NCBI RefSeq assembly: GCF_000148385.1
Contig: NC_014537.1
Span: forward strand, 660,001 to 692,000
Origin: Vulcanisaeta distributa DSM 14429
GTDB taxonomy: Archaea > Thermoproteota > Thermoprotei > Thermoproteales > Thermocladiaceae
Direction of reading: 5' to 3'
Length of the DNA: 32,000 nucleotides
Below are positions 19,035-27,305 of the stretch, piece after piece. How positions within the stretch are numbered: position 1 is the first letter of the stretch; the number at the start of each line of letters is the position of its first letter. The translations under genes and the position numbers were made by a program. The notes beneath the pieces are model-generated. The model did no database searches and was not told the origin of the DNA. It worked only from the letters and a program-made list of their open reading frames with translations.

Positions 19035-19995
19035 GGTTAGGCTTGCCAAGTCGCTCTTTGATATACCCAGGGAGGAATACTTAGCACCTGGCCACACGGC
19101 TTGCCCGGCCTGCGGTGCTACCCTGGCCGCTAGGTTAATACTCAAGGCATCAGGGCCAGACGTGATCATAGTGAACCCAACGGGTTGTCTGGAGGTCACG
19201 ACAACAATATACCCATACACGGCGTGGGGAGTCCCATACATACACGTGGCCTTTGAGAACGCGGGTGCCGTTGCATCGGGTATTGAGGCCGCCATAAAGG
19301 CCCTTAATAAGAATGGCTTGTTGAGGAGGAGTACCAGGGTCATAGCCATTGCTGGTGATGGTGGTACTTTTGATATTGGTTTGCAGTCTCTTAGTGGTAT
19401 GCTTGAGCGTGGTCATGGTGTGCTCTACGTGCTTTATGATAATGAGGCATACATGAACACCGGGATACAAAGAAGCGGAGGAACACCTAAGTTCGCGAAA
19501 ACAACCACAATGCCTGCTGGAACTATCATTAGAGGTAAAATACAGAGGAAGAAGGACATCATGAGCATCGTCATTGCCCACCACATTCCATATGCGGCAA
19601 CGGCTAACGTAGCCTACCCAATTGACTTAGTGAATAAGGTTAGGAAGGCGTTGTCGTACCTCGATGAGGGTCCTGCCTTCATACACGTACTAGCACCATG
19701 CCCACCAGGCTGGGGATTTCCCGATGAGAGAATGATTGAGATTGCCAGGCTCGCCACAGAGACAGGCTACTTCCCACTATACGAGTGGGACCATGATAGA
19801 TTAATCATAAATCCACCAAGCGACATGTATATGGATAGAAGACTGCGTAAGCCATTAAGGGAGTTTGTTAAAGCTCAGTCCAGGTGGTCTCACATAACTG
19901 ATGAGGAAATAAAGGAGCTTGAGAAGGATGTTGATGACTTCCTGAATTACCTGTGGCGATTATCAATGAGCTCAGGGGTTTCGATCCTCTACTGA
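19024..19995 (+). CDS. porB: 2-oxoacid:ferredoxin oxidoreductase beta subunit (TPP-binding)
   Basis: 323 aa with GHTACPACG and IAGDGGTFDIGLQSLSG..YDNEAYMNTG (TPP motif). It overlaps porA by 11 nt. Confidence 0.85.
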   Translation: MVVKVRLAKSLFDIPREEYLAPGHTACPACGATLAARLILKASGPDVIIVNPTGCLEVTTTIYPYTAWGVPYIHVAFENAGAVASGIEAAIKALNKNGLLRRSTRVIAIAGDGGTFDIGLQSLSGMLERGHGVLYVLYDNEAYMNTGIQRSGGTPKFAKTTTMPAGTIIRGKIQRKKDIMSIVIAHHIPYAATANVAYPIDLVNKVRKALSYLDEGPAFIHVLAPCPPGWGFPDERMIEIARLATETGYFPLYEWDHDRLIINPPSDMYMDRRLRKPLREFVKAQSRWSHITDEEIKELEKDVDDFLNYLWRLSMSSGVSILY

Positions 19996-20130
19996 TAACT
20001 GCCTTTCGACGCCTTAATTCATTATTTAGATTTAACAATGGAATTCCATGAAGAAAAATGGTAGTAATGTTATTCATAACCTCTGTATTATGAGATAAAC
20101 CATATAAACACTATATATTCCTGAGAATTA

Positions 20131-21381
20131 ATGGGCTTAACACTAACCGAGAAAATACTAAGCAGGGCGTCAGGTAAATACGTAAGTCCTGGTGATGTTG
20201 TAGAGATAAATGTTGATTTAGCCGCATTTCATGACCTCACGGGCTATCACGTGGTTGAGGTTATGGAGAAGATGGGAGTTGTTAAGGTTTGGGATGTGAA
20301 TAGGTTTGTCCTGGCCTTCGACCACCTGGCCCCACCACCCACGGAGAGGGCAGCCGAGATTCAGGTTGGGCTTAGGAAGTTCGCGAAGGCAGCCGGCATT
20401 AAGTTCTTCCATGATGTTGGCGATGGAATACTGCATCAGCTACTCCTTGATCATTACGCATTGCCCGGCCAGGTAGTTATGGCCGCCGACAGCCATACGA
20501 CGACTGTCGGCGCCGTGGGCGCCTTTGCCCAGGGGCTTGGGGCCAGTGACATAGCCGCCATAGTGATAACAGGTAAGACCTGGCTCGTGGTCCCTGAACC
20601 ATTTAGGATCAGGATACTCGGTAGGCCAGGCCCTGGGGTTTACGGTAAGGATGTTGCATTACACTTACTTAGTGTGTTTAGGGCTGAGGGGCTTAATGGT
20701 AAGTCTGCTGAGTTCTTTGTTGAGGATCCAGGGGCATTCCCAATGGATTATAGGGCCACCGTATCCAACATGGGTATCGAGCTCGGCCTCGATGCGGCCA
20801 TGTTCATACCTGACAGCGAGACTGTAAGGCATATTAAGGAGAGGAGGGGTGTTGAGGTCAAGCCAGTGACGCCAGACCCAGATGCTAGGTATGTCGATGG
20901 TTATGATGTGGAGTTGAATAGGCTCGAACCACTCGTGGCCACGCCGCATAGTGTTGATAATGTTAAGTCGATAAGTGAGGTTGAGGGTTTGGATGTGGAT
21001 TACGTATTCATAGGCTCATGCACAAATGGTAGGCTTAGCGATATTGAGGTTGCGGCTAAGATACTTAGGAATGGCAAAGTGAGGAGTAGGTGCGTGGCAA
21101 TACCCGCATCGCGCGAGATCTACATAAGGGCTATGGAACTGGGGTACATAGATACGTTGGTGAGGGCTGGCTGTGTGGTGACTTACGGGACTTGCGGCCC
21201 ATGCCTTGGTGGTCACTTTGGATTAGTCGGCCCTGGGGAGGTGGCTGTGTCTACGGGCAGTAGGAACTTCAAGGGTAGAATGGGTTCGCCAGAGGGTAAG
21301 GTTTACCTGGCTAACGCTGCCGTGGCTGCCGCAGCAGCGTTGAATGGTAAATTCGTTGATCCCAGGAAGTACCTTACGTAA
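20131..21381 (+). CDS. leuC: 3-isopropylmalate dehydratase / homoaconitase large subunit (archaeal short type)
   Basis: 416 aa with [33 protein letters not shown] and TCGPCLGG (aconitase-family Fe-S ligands). Confidence 0.85.
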   Translation: MGLTLTEKILSRASGKYVSPGDVVEINVDLAAFHDLTGYHVVEVMEKMGVVKVWDVNRFVLAFDHLAPPPTERAAEIQVGLRKFAKAAGIKFFHDVGDGILHQLLLDHYALPGQVVMAADSHTTTVGAVGAFAQGLGASDIAAIVITGKTWLVVPEPFRIRILGRPGPGVYGKDVALHLLSVFRAEGLNGKSAEFFVEDPGAFPMDYRATVSNMGIELGLDAAMFIPDSETVRHIKERRGVEVKPVTPDPDARYVDGYDVELNRLEPLVATPHSVDNVKSISEVEGLDVDYVFIGSCTNGRLSDIEVAAKILRNGKVRSRCVAIPASREIYIRAMELGYIDTLVRAGCVVTYGTCGPCLGGHFGLVGPGEVAVSTGSRNFKGRMGSPEGKVYLANAAVAAAAALNGKFVDPRKYLT

Positions 21382-21472
21382 GTTAGGATTTATTAACCAT
21401 TCATTATAAGGGTAGTTTTTGTGGGTAATCCTAGGGTTAGGGGTAGGATTGGGCATATATGGGTGATTAGCC

Positions 21473-21859
21473 ATGGCGGTAAGGGTGAGGTTGAGATTAA
21501 AGGTGAGGGTGAGGATAAGGGCAGGGGAGAGGAGGATAATCACGACTGCGCTGGTCAATACGGGCTTTGAGACCGAGAGGCCACAGCTATTAATACCAAT
21601 TTGGCTAGGGCTTTATCGCTATGGCCACCGCCAGATAATGCCTACCTAGTCGAGTTAGGCACCGCCGGTGGCCCAATAAGGGAATACGTAGTACCAAATT
21701 CCGTGCAGGTGGCGGTGATAACCGACGATAAGGAGACCCGAGATATAACCTGCGATGCAGTCATATCGCATATTGAGGAGAAGGTTATCATAAATGATAA
21801 GTTATAAGTTATGTGAGGAGTTGGGTATTGTTATCCTGACGGCCGGTAGTGGTAAGTAG
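21473..21859 (+). pseudogene. decayed clan AA (retropepsin-like, DTGF-type) aspartic protease gene
   Basis: Three collinear segments. Frame 2: MAVRVRLRLKVRVRIRAGERRIITTALVNTGFETERPQLLIP. Frame 1: LARALSLWPPPDNAYLVELGTAGGPIREYVVPNSVQVAVITDD..VISHIEEKVIINDKL. Frame 2: CEELGIVILTAGSGK. NTGF sits where this family has DTGF. The second break is a visible 7-bp tandem duplication, AAGTTAT AAGTTAT, at 21799-21812. Confidence 0.4.
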
Positions 21860-22149
21860 ATGTTCGTAGATTACGACATTAACAAGGCCAGACCCTCAGA
21901 AGCGCGCAATACTAGTGAACAGCGTAAGCTAATGACATCATTAAACTCATTTAAACTATAACGTCGCCATATCATTAACTAGTACATTCGATGAGTTTCT
22001 ACATGCGTAAGAAATTAAGAATCAATGATATGCACTACTGTGATTAAGCCACATGTTATTTCTCGGCTGTACTGGAAATCTTCAACTTTGCTCGGTTCAC
22101 TTTTATGAACACCCGAAGTTAAAAAAGTCCCGCGAAATAAAAGGTTCTG

Positions 22150-23733
22150 ATGGTTATGGGTTTGAGAGTGGGGTGGTTATTAGTTTTGGTTATTGCTGCC
22201 TTGTCCGTTGTCTTCTCGGTGCTTTCCTTCGTTAGGGCTCAGCCCAGTCCTGTTGGGAGTCTTAGGCTTCCTCATGGCGTGATTTCCTACTACTCGTCGA
22301 CGTCGATTTCGGTTTCTCCTGGCTTGGTTGTTAGGGTTTACGCAATCAATGGTTCTAGGATCTACCCGGTTCAAGCCTTCGTGGCTGTTTATGGTTTGAC
22401 TCCTAGGCACATCGTGCCCATTGCCTATGGCTTTAGCTCTATGGTGAGTGTGCCGTTCAATAACACGAATTGGTTATTCATAGCCAATAGGTGGCTATCC
22501 TTCAACCCAAGCGTTAATGAGTACAACACCTCACTCCTAGTATTCATCACGTACATAGACTTCACGAGGAATGAAAGCTGGATTGAGGCGTACTCAGTAC
22601 CATACAACATTGGCTGGGTCATGGGCAACCCAGGGAGAATCAAGTACATAGTCCTAACAGCCTACATAAACCTAAGCTCAAAGCCATTTAGGGTGGTTCC
22701 CGTTAAGCAATTACCGCAGGGTCAACCCGTAATTAATTCGGCGAGTAAAGACCCCGTTTATACGGAGTATAACTGCGTTGAGCAAAGCCCAACCGCGCCA
22801 AAACTCACCAATGGACCATACATCTACTACCCAATACTAAACTGCTACGGATTCACAGGACCGATACCACTGGATTGGATAACGTGGAGTCAGGGAATTA
22901 CGAACGAATATAAGAACTATGGATTAGATTTTCTAATTGATGTGTTTTATTCCGGCAGGTTTACTTGGGATGCGGTTGGTTATTATGAGAATGGTGGATT
23001 TAGTACAATCGGTACCTCTTATCAGGCAAGTGTAAATTGGAACCCGCCCATAATGGATATTGGTGATAGTGGTTATCTTACTCAGCCTGGTAGTTTCTAC
23101 TTTGCCTACGATGGTTCCTTCGCCCTGGCTAATTATACAGAGTACTATTACAACATTCACACGGGTTACGTCTACGTGGGTAATGTCGTCATTTCAGAAG
23201 TAATTAGTGTGTCGTCAACAAGCTGGTTCGTTTACGGCACTGATTATGGCAATGGGCCAATCAGCTATATATACAAAGTCCTAATATTACTTGCGGAGCA
23301 GGGGCTTGGATACCCAGCTCTAAACAAATCAACCATAGTAACATACGCAAGCTGGGTATACGGAAGACAAGGACCAGGATGCGGAGTAATATCATCAGAG
23401 CCAATAAGCTCCTTTTATGCCTGGTGGTTAACGCTAGAGAGCTTAACCACGACTTACGGCGTTAGTCCTGCCCAGTTGGGTGTGACCCTTGGCACCATTG
23501 GCGTTGAACCCGCTGAGATATTACTCGACTTAATCGGTTTAACACTACCACCGAACACGTCAATATCATTAATACATACCGAGTTTGAAATTGAAGCCCC
23601 TACGAATAACTTGTATCACATTGCTTGGTACTTGTCCTTAATAAACGCATCTGACGTCTTCGGCATCTCAACCTTCGGATTCATAGTAAACGCAACAAAT
23701 TATTACCAAGGCGCCTACAACTGCAATGGCTAA
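22150..23733 (+). CDS. orphan secreted / cell-surface glycoprotein candidate
   Basis: 527 aa. The N-terminal signal-like segment is MVMGLRVGWLLVLVIAALSVVFSVLSFVRAQPSP. There are about ten N-x-S/T sequons and 4 Cys, the composition is rich in Y/W/N/G/S, and there is no C-terminal TM segment. I recognise no family motif. Confidence 0.65.
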   Translation: MVMGLRVGWLLVLVIAALSVVFSVLSFVRAQPSPVGSLRLPHGVISYYSSTSISVSPGLVVRVYAINGSRIYPVQAFVAVYGLTPRHIVPIAYGFSSMVSVPFNNTNWLFIANRWLSFNPSVNEYNTSLLVFITYIDFTRNESWIEAYSVPYNIGWVMGNPGRIKYIVLTAYINLSSKPFRVVPVKQLPQGQPVINSASKDPVYTEYNCVEQSPTAPKLTNGPYIYYPILNCYGFTGPIPLDWITWSQGITNEYKNYGLDFLIDVFYSGRFTWDAVGYYENGGFSTIGTSYQASVNWNPPIMDIGDSGYLTQPGSFYFAYDGSFALANYTEYYYNIHTGYVYVGNVVISEVISVSSTSWFVYGTDYGNGPISYIYKVLILLAEQGLGYPALNKSTIVTYASWVYGRQGPGCGVISSEPISSFYAWWLTLESLTTTYGVSPAQLGVTLGTIGVEPAEILLDLIGLTLPPNTSISLIHTEFEIEAPTNNLYHIAWYLSLINASDVFGISTFGFIVNATNYYQGAYNCNG

Positions 23734-23779
23734 TAAATTAAGTAAAATCTTTAAAACAATCCTTTATTCACTTATCATT

Positions 23780-23803
23780 TATTAACACTGGTATTAACAC
23801 TGG
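23780..23803. repeat. perfect 12-bp tandem duplication (TATTAACACTGG x2)
   Basis: Read directly at 23780-23791 and 23792-23803, in the convergent intergenic region between the secreted protein gene and leuD. Confidence 0.9.
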
Positions 23804-23856
23804 CTAAGCTTATTCAGTAAATTCTAATATGGTGATTGTGCTCTGATGCGCATCGG

Positions 23857-24378
23857 TTATGGTTTATACCGTGATTTTATATACTCGAGTAGGCCGCCGC
23901 TCATTAATATCTCAAGGGCCATGCCCGTTATTGGCCTGGCCCTTAGGATCTTCTGACCATTGTTAATAATAACCTCTCCTGTGCCCACATTAACCCTCAC
24001 GAAGTCACCATCATTTACCTCCCTACTAACCCCAGGCACCACCAGCACTGGTAGGCCATTGTTAATTGCATTCCTATAGAATATCCTGGCAAAGGACTCG
24101 GCCAATACAGCCTTAACGCCAGCCGCCTTTAGGGCTATGGCCGCCTGTTCACGGCTTGAGCCCATGCCAAAGCCCCTACCTGCAACCAGGATCACGCCTT
24201 TGTTAGCCTTCTCGAAGAAGTTCGGTATTAAGGGCTCCATGGCATGCTTGGCGAGTATTGATGGGTCCGTATAAACAAGGTACCTGGCTGGTATTATCAC
24301 GTCAGTGTCTATATTATCACCAACCTTTATCACGGGACCCTCCACAACGAACTCGCTAGACCCCACATTCCATGGCAT
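23857..24378 (-). CDS. leuD: 3-isopropylmalate dehydratase / homoaconitase small subunit
   Basis: 173 aa with [14 protein letters not shown] and [44 protein letters not shown]. Confidence 0.85.
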   Translation of the reverse strand: MPWNVGSSEFVVEGPVIKVGDNIDTDVIIPARYLVYTDPSILAKHAMEPLIPNFFEKANKGVILVAGRGFGMGSSREQAAIALKAAGVKAVLAESFARIFYRNAINNGLPVLVVPGVSREVNDGDFVRVNVGTGEVIINNGQKILRARPITGMALEILMSGGLLEYIKSRYKP

Positions 24379-24555
24379 GCACGCTACTATTTAAGTTTTA
24401 TATCCCCTCAAATACCATAATTAGATTTCTTACTGAATTCAAGCCTATTGGATCTTGGTGGTGGTTAGGTTCTCAATATATTATTGTTGATAGGTAATGC
24501 TTATATATACCCACTATAACCTAGGTGTGTATGGTTAACGGTGGTGTAGAAATCC

Positions 24556-26124
24556 GTGAGGGTTGAGGTACTGGACACGACACTTAGGGATGGAGCCCAA
24601 ATGACTGGTGTTTCGTTCACGCTTAATGACAAGGTTAGGATTGCCCTGATGCTCGATGACCTCGGCGTTGATTACATAGAGGGTGGTTGGCCTGGCAGTA
24701 ATCCTAAGGATGCCGAGTTCTTTAAGGCGATGAGGAATTACTCACTAAGTCACGCTAAGCTTGCGGCCTTTGGTATGACTAGGAGGAAGGGCGTCAGTGC
24801 TAAGGATGACCTTAACCTGGCTGCTATACTGGATTCAGGCGTTGAGGTAGCGGTCCTGGTTGGTAAGTCCTGGATACTCCACGTTAGGGAGGTGCTTAGG
24901 GTTAGTCCTGAGGATAACCTGGACATGGTCTACGATAGTATTCGTTACCTTAAGGACCATGGATTGAGGGTAATCTTCGATGCTGAACATTTCTATCAGG
25001 GATTTAGGGAGGACCCGGACTACGCGCTTAGGGTTGTTAAGACTGCCGAGGAGGCTGGGGCGGATACCGTGGTCCTTGCGGACACAAACGGTGCCATGCT
25101 ACCCCACGAAGTTTACGAAATAACGGGTAAGGTTGTGAAGGAGTTAAGGGTTACGGTTGGCGTTCACATGCATAATGACTCTGGCTGCGCAGTGGCTAAC
25201 ACTATAATGGGTGTATTGGCTGGTGCGCGTCATGTGCAGGGAACCATTAATGGGCTTGGTGAGAGGACGGGCAATGCCGATTTAACCCAGGTAATACCAA
25301 ACCTAATGCTTAAACTAGGCTTTAAAGTGCTTAGGGGTATTGATGACCTCAGGAAGTTAAAGGTGATATCCAGGTTCGTCTATGAGGCGGCGGGTTTAAA
25401 CCCAAACCCGTACCAGCCATACGTGGGTGATTACGCCTTCTCCCATAAGGCAGGTTTGCACGTTGATGGTGTTTCCAAGGTAACTAAGGCTTATGAGCAC
25501 ATAGACCCCGAGCTCATTGGTAATACGAGGAGGTTCGTGGTTTCCGAGCTCGCCGGCTCATCAAACATACTCGTATACCTTAAGGACCTAGGCTTTAACA
25601 TAAGTAAGGAGGACCCGAGGTTAAGGCGTGCCCTTGAGAGGATAAAGGACCTTGAGAATAGGGGGTATAGCTTCGATTTAGCCCCTGCTTCAGCAATACT
25701 CATAGCCCTTAGGGAGATGGGGCTCTATAACGATATGTTGAGGGTTGAGTATTGGAAGGTCGTTAGTGATGATGACATGCACGTGGCCATAGTAAAAGTT
25801 AATGGAGAGCTTGGCGTCGCCGAGGGTGTTGGGCCTGTTCACGCAATTGATAAGGCGTTGAGGAGCGTCGCCTCCAAGTTATTCCCTGAACTCAATAATG
25901 TAAAGCTCACTGACTATAGGGTTATAATCCCTGGTGAGGTTAAGGGTACGGAGAGTGTAGTGAGGGTTCTCATGGAATTTGATGATGGAAGGACTAGGTG
26001 GAGGACTGTGGGTGTATCAACAAGTATAATCAAGGCAAGCGTTGAGGCGTTGAGTGATGGACTTAATTACATACTAATGATCCGTAATCACAATACCACG
26101 AAGGTAAATAATACAACGTATTAA
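24556..26124 (+). CDS. cimA: citramalate synthase-like / 2-isopropylmalate synthase, long form with C-terminal LeuA-dimer type regulatory domain
   Basis: 522 aa, GTG start. Motifs are LDTTLRDGAQMTGVSFTLNDKVRIALMLDDLGVDYIEGGWPGSNPKDAEFF (the GWPGSNPKD signature I associate with the CimA-type clade), HMHNDSGCAVANT, GTINGLGERTGNA and HKAGLHVDG, plus a ~140-aa C-terminal extension. Confidence 0.75.
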   Translation: MRVEVLDTTLRDGAQMTGVSFTLNDKVRIALMLDDLGVDYIEGGWPGSNPKDAEFFKAMRNYSLSHAKLAAFGMTRRKGVSAKDDLNLAAILDSGVEVAVLVGKSWILHVREVLRVSPEDNLDMVYDSIRYLKDHGLRVIFDAEHFYQGFREDPDYALRVVKTAEEAGADTVVLADTNGAMLPHEVYEITGKVVKELRVTVGVHMHNDSGCAVANTIMGVLAGARHVQGTINGLGERTGNADLTQVIPNLMLKLGFKVLRGIDDLRKLKVISRFVYEAAGLNPNPYQPYVGDYAFSHKAGLHVDGVSKVTKAYEHIDPELIGNTRRFVVSELAGSSNILVYLKDLGFNISKEDPRLRRALERIKDLENRGYSFDLAPASAILIALREMGLYNDMLRVEYWKVVSDDDMHVAIVKVNGELGVAEGVGPVHAIDKALRSVASKLFPELNNVKLTDYRVIIPGEVKGTESVVRVLMEFDDGRTRWRTVGVSTSIIKASVEALSDGLNYILMIRNHNTTKVNNTTY

Positions 26125-26357
26125 TAAATCATGCTACTCTGGACATTTAACAATTTAAATCAACGTAAATTCATTGCATTACTCAGCCTATGAGATGAGC
26201 CGTAAAATAGGCTTTATGGGTTATTATGTTTCGTTAATATTTCATTAAGGAGACTACAATCCCTAAGTAGTCCTAAGTAATCAATGCTAATTTACTACTT
26301 AGTTACTCGAATCACCGCACAAAAAGGAATAAGTGCTATGCCATGAGGGTGTTACGA

Positions 26358-26406
26358 GTGATGAATGCCGAGTTCGCAGAATGGTGAAGAGTCGGTTCTA
26401 TGCTGA
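26358..26406 (+). ncRNA. candidate C/D box sRNA (2'-O-methylation guide)
   Basis: C box GTGATGA (26358-64), 12-nt spacer, D' CAGA (26377-80), 4-nt loop, C' TGAAGA (26385-90), 12-nt spacer, D box CTGA (26403-06). This is a 49-nt unit with the canonical archaeal architecture and exact 12-nt guide spacing. It is intergenic. Confidence 0.5.
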
Positions 26407-26457
26407 ATTTAAGAAATAATGTGTCTGCCTTCGTAATAATCCATTGAGTCCTTCTAT

Positions 26458-26478
26458 ATCAGGGAAAGGCTTTTTACC
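26458..26478 (+). repeat. left copy of the 21-nt perfect direct repeat ATCAGGGAAAGGCTTTTTACC (core of a longer diverged repeat ~26340-26525)
   Basis: Exact match to 28473-28493 in the same orientation. Patchy collinear similarity continues on both sides. Confidence 0.9.
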
Positions 26479-26591
26479 CTCAATACGTGATTACGCACCA
26501 GTAGATGATGAGTTTAGAGCCCACTTTTATAGTAATTTGTTAAATTTTCTTATATCGGTTCGGTAAAGTAAGCCGTATGGGAAGAAATGTT

Positions 26592-27305
26592 TTATTGTGC
26601 CCGTGGGCCCTGGGCGGGGCAGTTTAGGTTAATCATCGCCTTGGTCACTGATCGAGCTCTCTCGATCTTACCTTCGTTCATTGTCTCATTAAGCATCCTC
26701 CTCAGAACCTCACAGACCTTAACGACCAGCACTGGATGTCTCACAATTTCGTCCTTGTTTATGAAGACCACAAATTTCTTACCTCGTTGAGATAACTTAG
26801 CATCGTAATCAGCCTTTTGTAAGGCTTCCTGAACCGCCTTTGCGTCCTCGAGCATACTACGGTTAATAACAAGTTCGATATACCCATTTCGAGTTACACG
26901 TATGCTCATTTGTACTCCATTGATGACCTCGACTGACGAGCTACCCTTCGGCTTAATCCTCGTGCTAGCTAGCGTCATTAGTTTTCTGAGCTTCATGGCA
27001 TCGGGTAGGGAGCTCAAGTCCTCAATCAAAGTCTTAATTAATGGATCATTAAGTCCCTTTCTAGTGAGCTCAACGGCTTTTGAGCTAGCAATTTTATAGC
27101 GTATTCTGGCCCTACGTTCATTGCGTTCATCATACCTGAATCCGATGGCTTTCATCCTCTCAATAATATCTTTCCACAAATTATGCTTCGGATTGCCAAT
27201 CGTGAGCCTAATCCTCTTCTTCTCAACATCGCCATCACCTAATACGGCAGATAGTAAAAAATATCGGGAATTTCTCATCATCAAGCTTGGATGCCTCCTC
27301 GGCAA
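26592..27305 (-). CDS. C-terminal part of the orphan gene; LAGLIDADG-like domain candidate
   Basis: This is the 237-aa track ORF, with TTG read as the start. FLLSAVLGDGDVEKKRIRLTIGNPKHNLWKDIIERMKAIGFRYDERNERRARIRYKIASSKAVELTRKGL resembles a LAGLIDADG helix followed by the beta-beta-alpha-beta-beta core. It probably continues the upstream ORF (see findings). Confidence 0.5.
   Translation of the reverse strand: MPRRHPSLMMRNSRYFLLSAVLGDGDVEKKRIRLTIGNPKHNLWKDIIERMKAIGFRYDERNERRARIRYKIASSKAVELTRKGLNDPLIKTLIEDLSSLPDAMKLRKLMTLASTRIKPKGSSSVEVINGVQMSIRVTRNGYIELVINRSMLEDAKAVQEALQKADYDAKLSQRGKKFVVFINKDEIVRHPVLVVKVCEVLRRMLNETMNEGKIERARSVTKAMINLNCPAQGPRAQ

Noticed and set aside
21223-21558. 111-aa minus-strand ORF spanning the leuC 3' end and the protease pseudogene start
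   Set aside because: It overlaps 159 nt of leuC on the opposite strand, its sequence is P/N/T/L low-complexity, and the plus strand carries the recognisable (decayed) protease reading frames.
22053-22235. 60-aa plus-strand ORF upstream of and overlapping the secreted protein gene
   Set aside because: It has no motifs, overlaps the better-supported 22150 start out of frame, and lies across the likely promoter.
26263-26302. 9-bp inverted repeat CTAAGTAGT...ACTACTTAG with a local CCTAAGTA direct repeat, downstream of cimA
   Set aside because: The loop is long (22 nt), the arms are AT-rich with competing pairings, and there is no adjacent T-run or gene context that would give it meaning.
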